A stretch of DNA of 56,988 bases, counting the filler, from Sphacelaria rigidula (lineage: Eukaryota): assembly GCA_964200075.2 (NCBI GenBank). It is 4 parts of 4 records of this genome, joined end to end, with 100 filler letters (N's around TTAATTAATTAA, not from the genome) between each part and the next. Parts side by side here need not be neighbours in the genome. Positions count along the whole stretch, not along the records: positions 14,276 to 28,449 come from CAXNAA020002413.1; positions 28,550 to 42,719 come from CAXNAA020002414.1; 2 more parts are not named here. One strand, written 5' to 3'. Shown here piece by piece: positions 28,301-37,825 of this stretch (position 1 is the first letter of the stretch; every line of letters starts with the position of its first letter). Under the pieces are notes generated by a model that worked only from the letters and a program-made list of their open reading frames with translations, was not told where the DNA came from and made no database searches. The translations under genes and the position numbers were made by a program.

Positions 28301-28387
28301 CTCATTTCCGGGACCCTCCTCCGACCAAAAAGGTTTGCGCAAACATCTGTGATGGGTACGACTACTTCGGCACCGGAGGCGGACGAG
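16329..28387 (+). CDS. CAP (SCP/PR-1) domain plus tandem WSC-domain protein with Thr/Pro-rich linkers; 5' and 3' ends incomplete
   Basis: Phase-consistent GT-AG exons: 16329-16369 (IVPADVLFQHNVY-R), 17370-17427 (CMHSADPMTYSSNLADGAL), 21538-21762 (EHADFLAATC..LEH..GENLY..WYEE..GHFTQ), 22778-22972 (VVWKSSEELGCA..VCRYSPAGNF), 24091-24303 (TPAP linker + GCFV..MDAE), 24754-24808 (VCAGRCEGYAYFGT), 26804-27276 (CYCGN..CDSPCSGNSAVACGG + linker + next WSC start), 27509-27563, 27797-28086, 28333-28387. CAP signatures HNxxR, GENL, GHFTQVVW and VCxYxPxGN are present. There are two complete WSC domains and one truncated by the contig end. Confidence 0.9.
18210..18950. repeat. Tandem array of ~43-bp monomers organised as a ~170-bp higher-order repeat (3 copies) with a degenerate tail
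   Basis: g(c/g)cacgggctggataatattg recurs at 18231, 18401 and 18571. Each unit has four related actcagc...-type monomers, and looser monomers continue to ~18950 and after 19630. Confidence 0.9.
18970..19627. mobile_element. MITE of the same TIR family, TA target duplication, inserted in a tandem-repeat array
   Basis: Left end ta|cttcctctgtcccataagtctggtcggatatg; right end cataaccgaccagactactgggagaaaggaag|ta. It contains an internal 12-bp repeat (gaattctcaaca, ~19372-19442). Confidence 0.8.
26944..27159 (+). repeat. Coding 27-bp tandem repeat x8 encoding VTPAPVD(V/M)(I/T)
   Basis: The unit gtcacccctgcgccagtcgac(g/a)tgatt is repeated 8 times in frame inside exon 26804-27276. Confidence 0.95.
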
Positions 28388-28449
28388 GTGAGTACCCGCT
28401 CGACGAGGCATGCGGCCTCGAAATGGAGTATAGTATGCATGTTGTCTTC

Positions 28450-28549
28450 NNNNNNNNNNNNNNNNNNNNNNNNNNNNNNNNNNNNNNNNNNNNTTAATTA
28501 ATTAANNNNNNNNNNNNNNNNNNNNNNNNNNNNNNNNNNNNNNNNNNNN
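28450..28549. other. Artificial contig linker
   Basis: Same 100-nt structure. Confidence 0.97.
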
Positions 28550-31260
28550 ATCCGACGGAATCCACAAAACATCACTACTGCCAACACGCACGCAAAAGAA
28601 ACTATCGTAAGCCATAGTAGCTTAACCGAAAGTCGTAGGAAAGGAATGAACACCTTTGCCGACTGTTTTGCTCTGCGCGGTACGAATGACATCTAGTGAG
28701 GGCAGCGAATCATCGGCATCACACGGGCTGTACACGGCAATAGAACGAGCAGGCACGGTAGGAACCTTCACCAAGCGAGACAACGAATCTTCCCAAAATA
28801 TGCGCTCTCCAGGAATGTGTTCACTGACATACCGATATTATTGTTGGGCTCCCAGCAACTCCCGCATGTCTTCTTGGCTTGGCATCACCCCCGGAGACTG
28901 CACTGTTCCACTTGCGCGTTCACCGCCTGATAGTCGCAAACCAAACGGAATGTGTCCCTCTTCGGCACCGCCATCGCCGAACTCGCCCACACAGCCTGAA
29001 GATCCCTAACCAACAAACCAAATGCCACCAAAACGGCGATGTATGAAGCAAGCCACACGGTCTTCACCGGATCGCAGCGGCGAGGTTTGGCCTTCACAGC
29101 CTCCTTCTTTGGCTCCACGCACGCTGGCGGATCACCACGAAGCGCACCACGAAATGTATCCACGAGACGGGCCAAAATATCGCGCAGACAATGTGAGCCA
29201 TCGGCGCTAAGGTCCTTCTGCTCGGCCTGCCGCACACTACCCCCAAGCGCACATTTTTTCGAACCTCTCTCCTCTGCTGGGTCCATGTGTCTTCCCGGCC
29301 CCCGATCGACCAAGCGCTCCACCGTTTCATCGGCATGAGCCTCCTCCTCATTGGCGCTCTGGAATGACCGTATGGATACGATCACACGCCTTGCAGCAAG
29401 GCAACTGGGGTTTTCCATGCCGGTTTGCACCGGCACAGCACGCGGCCGTAACTTCTCCGGATATAAATCAATCCCAAGCTCCTTCATGGTCACCATCCCA
29501 AATAGAACCATGTTGTCCCCACCGGGCATGGCAGCGAAAGTAATGGGCTGCAACTGCACAACCCCCCACGGCGTACGCACGCTAACAGTAATTGGCATCG
29601 TTTTGTGTGTAACCGTCACGGGAGCACCCGTGTCGGTCTGTGCCGTTTGCGGTCCGTTTTCAAACGGAATCTGAAGCTGAGCGCCGCCAAACTGGGAAGA
29701 CATTTGCTCAAGCAACCCCACACCGATCGACGTGAGCGTGGACCCAGAATCTAGAATAACGCGGGCCATGAACGAACCTACAGAACCAGGCAAGGCTAAA
29801 TCTGCGCGTAAGCATTCAGCCTTGCGATCGATAGGTACCACGCCTACCGAAGAACCCTATTCTGCCCCAAGAGTCACCTGACGCCAGGGCTGCCCTTGAG
29901 CACTTGGCATCGATAGCTGCGAATCGTCGGTCCAACTAGACCAAGTCGCCGAATATGCAGACGGCGCTGTTACAGCCGTCGCCGCAGTAGGGAATGCACC
30001 ACACACGGATCCTGCCTGGTCGGTGGGTTGCGAGCTATTTGCTCCAACACTCCCCACCGAAGTATTTGCATTTCCCACGTACACTGTCCGCCCCACTACG
30101 GACGAACCATAAGATCCAAAGTCACCACCTAATGACCTAGTGGAAGAAACAGCAGCGGAGGAACCACCATCCGCCGCCGATTGCTTGCTACCGCAGCCGC
30201 CGCGCCCGCGTCCCTGATTTGCACGGCCCCGTCCACCGTGACGACAGCCCCGAGATCCTGATAAATCTCCTGCATTGCCCTGTGCCGCGCCTTGAGCGCG
30301 AGGCTTGGGTCAGACCTTGACCATATGTCCGGTGTCGCCGCAGTTATAACACGCGCGAGTGGACGACTCTCGCGAAGACGGCTGCTGTTTCTGCTGCTGT
30401 TGCCGCGTGCGGCGAGCATTACCTGCACTTGCCGCAGAATAGCGCCAGCTATGTGCCTCAATAAATTTCCACTGGTTGGCGGCTTCACAAATTGTTTTGA
30501 ACACCACCGTCGGGTTCTATTCCCAGCCGTCAACATACGTGAGTACACTTCTAACATACGCCTTGAATTCCGGAGGCGAAATCCCGTCCACCGAAGCTAC
30601 GGAAACCGAATCGGCCGGGCCAGGCAACCAACTCCTGTCCTCCGCCCGGTACATGGCTTGCACCACCAGTTCTGTGGAAAAAAACGTTCCATATCTGAGC
30701 TAACCATCATAGCACAATCCTTCACGAGACTTTCCATCGCTTTGCTTCATTGTAAGTACCTTACGCAGGTCTGCTGCAGCCCGTGTAACGTCATGCTTTC
30801 CACCAGTTGTAGTATACCCGGCAGGCATGCTGCTTCACAGCATCAAGCAATTCATCGGGGGTCATAGCCCAACCGTCCTTGTACATGTCTTCGAAGCAGC
30901 GGTGAATGTAGACAGTAATGAGTTGTCCTATGCTAACTCTCTCATGCCGTATAATTCCTTGTCCACCGCTGTATGTATTGAAGGTATCTTGCGAAAAACA
31001 AGCGTGATGCCTACTCGGTCCATACTTTACCATACTTTGGCGGCTGTAGTGGCTCACCTAACACCAGCGACGTTGCCGCCGCTTGAGCCATGTCTTCTAT
31101 GCTTCAAACACTTCACCGAGAGACTCTTGCCTGGCGTGTGCGTCCTCCAGCTCACGGAGCGTCCCCCTCTGCTGTGCGCTTCAAGCTGGTCTCCTCCTGT
31201 CTAGGGGCTAAACTGGCTCTAAGCTGCTGCCCACTTTCCTCCTCAGCCAAAACTCTCTAA
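28550..31260 (-). mobile_element. Degenerate Ty3/Gypsy LTR retrotransposon (gag, protease, start of RT), truncated at the contig edge
   Basis: Gag fragments (30791-31057, 30310-30507) include the zinc knuckle CYNCGDTGHMVKV*, with the last Cys replaced by TGA. ORF 28885-29841 has the aspartic protease motif VILDSGS, then the RT N-terminus (KPRR..., WASSAMAVPK..FRLVCDYQAVN). Protease directly followed by RT is the Gypsy order. Multiple stops and frameshifts. Confidence 0.88.
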
Positions 31261-32100
31261 CAGAGTGCCGGGAGAATAGTATCTAGATATTGTAGCCTCG
31301 ACCAGACGATCTGGACAAGAGGACTATCCACGAGGGACTCCTCCAGTAGCACTGGCCTCGTGCTCGACAAGTACTTTCTTCTCAGTTGTTATCATCACGG
31401 AGGGATCCTCAAAATACCACATCAAGAGCTAGGCAGAAGGGGCAACACAGATGAGGGTCATTAATCCAGGATCCCCTGTTCCCTGCGACTGCTCCAAATC
31501 ATGCATGCGATTATACTGAAACCTACGGCTCGGTATCATTTGGCTACACTCTGTGCCCCTAGGACAGGCAGTAGCACCACCGTTCGTTTCGAACCGGACG
31601 AGGCGATGGATACCGCCCCTGGGGACGGATGTTTTCCTGCCCCTCGATAAAACATGGGCCCAACTTCCACATGAGACATGATAAATGTAGTGGGTATATG
31701 TTCGGCGAGTCGCATGACGGGTGACCTTCACCCTTCTGAGATTGTTTGGCCCGACGCGTGCCAATGACGTTGTAAATATATGGGTGACAGCCTCGAATGC
31801 GTTGCTTCATGATCTGGAATTGCTACTTCCACAGACAGCCACGACTTACACTTCCTCATGGATAGCTGCCTCAACCTTTGAATACTACGTACGGCGATCA
31901 CTCCCCTTGCGCGGATCTGAGGTTCTCCACCCGGCGCAATACGATCTAGCTGTACCACCATCCTAGTTACCACAAACGAAGCGCAAGCGAGAAGAAAAAA
32001 GGTAAACTGTTACCTAGCTTACGCAGAGGGTGGCGTGTTATACAGCATCGTTGCTTCCAGACGGCAACCCTTGGGGAAGAGAGGTGGAAAACGCTGTATA

Positions 32101-32673
32101 CTTCCCCTGTGTCATAAGTCTGTGCAGTTATGGACGTTTGATTGTTTGGGTATTTCAACGCTGACGATTATCCTATAGTTGGGTTCGTTAGAGAGATGAC
32201 GCGTACACAAAGCTGACTCAAGGTGAGAAAAAAAAGGGAAAAAAACTCGTTTTCAATACCAATTTTAGGTTAAAAAATACCCCATTTTGGCCCTTTTTGG
32301 TCCACATATACCCCAATGCTGACCGATTTTCGACGTTATTACGTCGAGCACTAGCGATCACATGCTGAAAATTTGTCAGATGAAGCGTGCGTATGTTAAT
32401 GTCACCGAGATATTCGAATCAGTGGTGGTTTTGCGGTTTTAACACTTTTTTCACGATTTTTCGCGATTTCCGGGTCTGCTGTGCTTCACTGGCAAAAAAA
32501 GCGAAAAATGCCCAAATTTTGACCGGCTCACTTTTTCTCGGTTGCGACTCTGCACGGGTCGAGCACCCATGTTGCAGAAAGAGTATTGTTTTTAGTCTAA
32601 AAAACGCCAACGAATGCAGCCAAAAATCGAAAATCAAATCGGGCACCCTTAGGGGCTTATGACACAAAGGCAG
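32101..32673. mobile_element. Diverged MITE of the same TIR family
   Basis: Left end ta|cttcccctgtgtcataag; right end cttatgacacaaaggcag. The interior resembles 13186-13773 in the reverse orientation. Confidence 0.7.
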
Positions 32674-33073
32674 AATCTTACGATCATTTGCTGGGCCTCC
32701 ATTCTTTTAGCTGGTACAAGTGAACCTTCTCGAGGCGGGAAATTGAGGATTCGAATCCCAGAGCAGATGAGCCTATTTATCTTACTGAGAACTATCTGCT
32801 TTCTGTCCTTGAAAACGTGACGGCACCAGTAGCAAAGACACTTCATCGAAAGACAGTCGACGCATCAAACGAAGGCGGATCCCATCTGCGATACCGAAAC
32901 ACAAGGCGTGGAGCGGGGGAGAGGTGGGTTGAGATGGATTGATCCCTTGAGACCAAGGGCTCATCTCGCGAAGGGGGGGGGGGGGGGGGGGGGGGGAGAA
33001 AGAGGGGGAAAAAAAAAAGTTGCGNNNNNNNNNNGGGGGGGTGGGGGGGGGTGGTCGTGATAGGGCCGGGGCG

Positions 33074-33113
<40 letters not shown>

Positions 33114-34991
33114 CGATGAGAAGTGTGAAGAAGGAAGATTTTCAGGCGGAGCCAGGCCTCTTAAAGTGAACTTGTTTCACCTCCTGAGAGCATGTTGCCA
33201 GCCTCGAAGCAAGATTGTTTTCTGGAGATCGGCGCGAGTTTACCGCGAGCCACAAAGATCGAAGTGGTGTAGCGGTGGAGAAGTACAAGTCAGACGACTG
33301 ATCGTTGGTTGGAGAAAACCTGGAGACCGCGCTGCACCATATAGGCGCTTGTACTATTGAGCGAGCCCTATTTGACGGATTTCGCGAGATACAAGTCCGC
33401 CGTAAACTCCAAGAATCAAAAACAAGTAGAAAACAAATGAGAAGCAATGGCCTTCACAAATAAAATCATCGCGCGCCTCTCCTCAGACTTTCAGGTCGCC
33501 TCGAACCTCGGGATTGAGTCCTCCGAGATGTTGACGTCCCCGAGGGCTCGCAAATATCCCACACATTTTTGTGGACGCGTCCCCTCAGAATAGGTTTCGG
33601 CGTTGCTTCAACTTTCGAAACGGCGATGAGTTGGATGTCGACACAGATACCATCGTTTCCGCCTTGCCGTCAGCAACGCGCACTCCAACGTTGAGGACAA
33701 TTGAACAAGAGCTGAGCTGTGTTGGATTTTGGATTTGATGCATGCCCTATACACCATGCCCATGATTACGGCATACTGTGATACGAAATATCGAAAGATC
33801 GCAATGGTGGATCGAACCGCACGGCGCACTCTAGCGAAGTCGTGGGATCGCAAGGAGCCTACTTCTTGTGCTTTGATTGCTACTGCTTGAGCTGTTCGCC
33901 CTGGAGACACGTTGCCCCGCGTCAAGCAATGACACGAGGGTGTATGGCCGAAAAACGACAGAGGGAGGAGGGGATGGCAGGCATGTGGTAGCTGAAAGTT
34001 ACACCACCCCATTCGAGTGTCCCCGTGCTGCACGCCGAAACCCCAGGTATCTCTCGCTCAACGTCCCAAGCAGGGGATGGAGCCAACCACAGAGCATCCC
34101 AAGCGCACCGTACACGGAAAGGAGCAGAACAAGGACAGAATGTTTCGTAAAAGGTTTTGTATTTTGCACACCGTCATCACCACCACTACCACCAGCATCA
34201 CCAACAACAACACCAACACCAACACCAAACAACGTCGGGCAACAGTACTCCTTTAAATCAACTCTGCAGCTACCAACGACGAGCACCCATGGCCCCGAAC
34301 TGAGAGAAGCATCGTCGGTGTCCATTTCGCTCCAAGATCCCGACGCAAGCCCCCACGGAGGTAGTTCGGTACACCCCGTGCTGAAGTGCCACGTCTGAAC
34401 AAGTAACTGCTCTTGTCCGTATACAACACATAATAACGCTGGCTTAACTTCTCTCGATAACTCTGTTGGACCCAACACTATTTTTCGCCACTCGCCGCTC
34501 GGCATATTCACAAGCTGCGCCGTACTTCAATGATTTCCGTTCACCCAAGCCTGCTAATGTTAGGCCTTGTCAGCTTTACCGCTGACACATCCCCGATGTT
34601 TTGCGCTACCCACTCTGTTGACACACCAATCACTCTGTTCGCCACCCGGTCTATGTAGGAACACATTTCTTCCTCGTTTCTCTAAATGGTATGTTGCCAC
34701 TTACGCATACCATGCTCCATATTCACGCACTGGATACAAGACAACGACCTACCTGTCAAAAACAGTACTTGTACAAAAAGCGCATCAATGCTTCATTAAA
34801 CCCCGACACCACACGACACAAACGTGGCATAACGCTACACAACCGCACCAACACAACAAGCAACATCAGACACAAACCTGGATAAGTCAGGCTAAAGTTT
34901 TGTTTGTGTTTACGCACTTGGGTATACAGAATCACTACCCACAACATCTTCCTTTTAAGTGCCATCATCACAGTGCGGTACTACGCCCCGT

Positions 34992-36022
34992 CTACTCGTA
35001 CGGGTCGGTGTGTACAAGCTTCCCGGTCTCCCTGTGGATCCACACAATCTTCCCCTCCGCATTCCAACACTCCTTCCACGTTGGCAGATCAAGGTACACC
35101 ACCTTGCTCTTACTCTTACTTGGCCTCTTGACCTCCTTCTTCTTATCACCGCTGCCGTCTTGTACGTCCGATCGCGTCGGCGATACGCCAACAGGTACCC
35201 ACATCATCTGCTGTTGCGGTGGGGAGGTCGGCGGGGATACTACCCATGCGGTGTTGGCCTGTGGCTGGGCCACCTGTGATATGTGCACATACTGCGGAGG
35301 CGGGGGCGGCTGCATGATTTGGGTGGCCGTCGCTCCAACAGCGTAGGTCCATTTTCCGGTGTTGTTGTTCAACCTGAGAGTGCGATGAGTCCGTTATAGG
35401 GGAGGTGAGAGTCAGTTACCAGTGCTTTGAGTTGTCGCAAAAGGGCGGGAGACGAGTGGGGGAAGTTCATCGTGACCGCCATGTGATACGGAGTCGGGTC
35501 GAAACAATACCGGCTGCGCTGGGCGGATGTGCGGAGTCCATCGCGAGCTCGCTTCCTGAACAGGTTCTACACAAAAGCAAACACACGTATTTTGGGAGCA
35601 TATCGCACTAACAAGCCTTGAAGCCCGACTGGAGCACTACGGTATCTTGTCTTGAAAAGTACGACATATATATCTCGATTCACATCCTAGTTTCTCCCTG
35701 TGTCTAGCCTGACATGTGTGCAAGATGCAACGTCCAGAATACCCAGCACTTGTACTACGTCCCAAGTTCAAAATATGCAGCGACGCAAAGGCGAGAGATG
35801 AAACCACGGACGGCTTTGTAAGCACTCACCAGAACATGCGCCCTTGCTGGTCTCGGCATAGAGCCCACGGCCCTCCCATGGCAGGCGGCGCGCTCGTAAC
35901 TGCTCGTTGTTCATCCGAGACCAACACAGGAGAAGCCGCAGCAACAATATAGGGCGACGGCAGGGCGAGCACAGAGACAGCGAGGGCGTGGGTGAAATGT
36001 TCTCACCGCGGCCGGTGTACAT
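34992..36022 (-). CDS. Small Pro/Gln-rich protein with two WW-like domains
   Basis: Exons 35899-35830 (TSAPPAMGGPWALCRDQQGRMF-W) and 35373-34992 (LNNNTGKWTY...PPPPPQY...LPTWKECWNAEGKIVWIHRETGKLVHTDPYE*) join in phase and rebuild a WW-like motif across the intron. The start is uncertain: either mini-exon 36035-36007 (ATG at 36022, MYTGR) or exon 36772-36643. Both end in phase 1. Confidence 0.72.
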
Positions 36023-37020
36023 GGTGAGCGGGCGACTGTCGAACCGCGGAATGCCTTTATTACGTATAATATGGTCACGTACAGTTCATCACAAGAGCAC
36101 CGTGCAGTCTTGTCTAGTACCGTCCTGCACACCGCCGTCTGTACGTGTGAACAGATACACCACACAGTAGCACGACAAGACAACAGTGCGGTCGATTACA
36201 GGTCACTACTCTCTGCACGGTACCGAAAATGCACATGCGCATCCGACAGGCGGGACCAAGACCCACAGGGGTGTGACACCGATGGTTGGGCAAGAAAAGC
36301 TTTCGGCACCAAACGGGCGGTAGGAGTAAGGGATCATGTTTGTCTTGCCTCGCAGTCCCATGAGCAGAGACTGGACCTAAACTCCTCGCTACATGTCGTC
36401 GTACAGAACGTGGTGTACTCGTATGAACGCGGAGGATCTACTGTTGTTTCAAATTTACAGTCCGCGAAAACCAAGGTGGTTTTGAACACGACGACATTTC
36501 ACCGCAGGTGCGCAGGCAAGACGAGGGCGCCCAACGGAGTGAAGGACACACATACTGCTGCACTACAACATTACTGCCATGCTGCTGCGTCTACCTTCAG
36601 ACGTACCTACCAGCGTGGCCACAGAATGCTTTCCGTCCTTACCTTGTGCGATTCCTCCATTGTTCCCGTGCTGGTGCTGCTCGTGCACCTGCAATCGTTG
36701 CACCAGCTGCTGCTGCTTCTCGTTGCCAGCAAGGACTACTCCCTGGAATGGCACAGTCAGGTAGTTCACCATGATTGATGCTGATGCGTCTTGTCGTCTA
36801 ATTGTTTTAGTGTTGGGTGCGTTTGTGTTGCGAAGCTGGTTGTCGTTCGGATGCTGTGAGATGAGGGTGGTCAAGAGTTATGAACGCATGGGCGATGCCA
36901 TGACACGGACACAACCGGCTACGGCTGTGGCTGATACCACGGAGGCGTCTTCGGCTGAGTTCCGCGTTGCGAATTCGCTGACAATTTTGCGGATCAGACT
37001 CGATTTTGTGGTCAGGAGGA

Positions 37021-37825
37021 ATCGATGTTTTGTGCAGAAGCGTGAAGAATTTTCCTAGATGATTATAGTGGTTGCAGTACCTAGAAGCCATTTCAGAACA
37101 CATTGACCCGCAAGACCGTCTGTGTGATGAGCCAGGTGAGTCAGTTCGGTGTGGGAGAGGCAGTGAGGTACAACGGCAAGTGCATCCACGGTGAAGTGAC
37201 AATAACGGTGTCTGAGCTGAAGTCGAGGTTTATGAGATCCGGGAGATTGGTATGGTGCCACTATCAGTTGGTGACAGTATTGCGAATCGATGTAGCCTGA
37301 GAAGCGCGAAGAAGTTTCCCAGGTGTTTACAGTGGTTGCAGTACCTGGAAGCCATTTCAGAACACATTGACCCGCAAGATCGCCTGTGTGATGAGCCAGG
37401 TGAGTCAGTTCAGTGTGGGGGATGCAGTGAGGTACAACGGCAAGTGCATCCACGGTGAAGTGACAGTAACGGTGTCTGGGCTGAAGTCGAGGTTTATGAG
37501 ATCCGGGAGACGGGTATAGTGCGACTATCAGTTGGTGTGACAGCATCGCGAATCGATGTTGTCTGAGAAGCGGGAAGAAGTTTCCCAGATGTTTATCGTG
37601 GTTGCAGTACCTAGAAGCCATTTCAGAACACATTGACCTGCAAGATCGCCGTGTGATAGCCGGGTAAACCAGTTCATTGTGGGAGAGGCAGTAAGGTACA
37701 ACGGCAAGAGCATCCGCAGTGAAGTGACAATAACGGTGTCTGGGCTGAAGTCGAGGTTTATGAGATCTGGGAGACGGGTATGGTGCTACTATCAGATGCT
37801 GACAGCATCGCGAATCGATGTTGTC
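37021..37825. repeat. ~265-bp tandem repeat, three copies
   Basis: The anchor atcgatg occurs at 37021, 37286, 37552 and 37814, and long internal blocks such as agaagccatttcagaacacattgacc are shared. Confidence 0.93.

Noticed and set aside
31420-31974. Possible 5' LTR and primer-binding site of the Gypsy element
   Set aside because: No second LTR is available for comparison, and I could not identify a clean TG...CA end with a matching PBS.
32970-33115. Long poly-G tracts as G-quadruplex elements
   Set aside because: Homopolymer G/C runs are frequent throughout, often beside gaps and contig ends, so their lengths are unreliable.
33140-34400. Possible plus-strand exons (VSLAQRPKQG..., TNDEHPWPRTERS...)
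   Set aside because: Splice sites are plausible, but no family motif or consistent gene model emerged.
36579-36764. Cys-rich metallothionein-like ORF on the plus strand
   Set aside because: The Cys codons arise from (TGC)n, the antisense of CAG/GCA-rich sequence in a likely minus-strand exon; there is no independent support.
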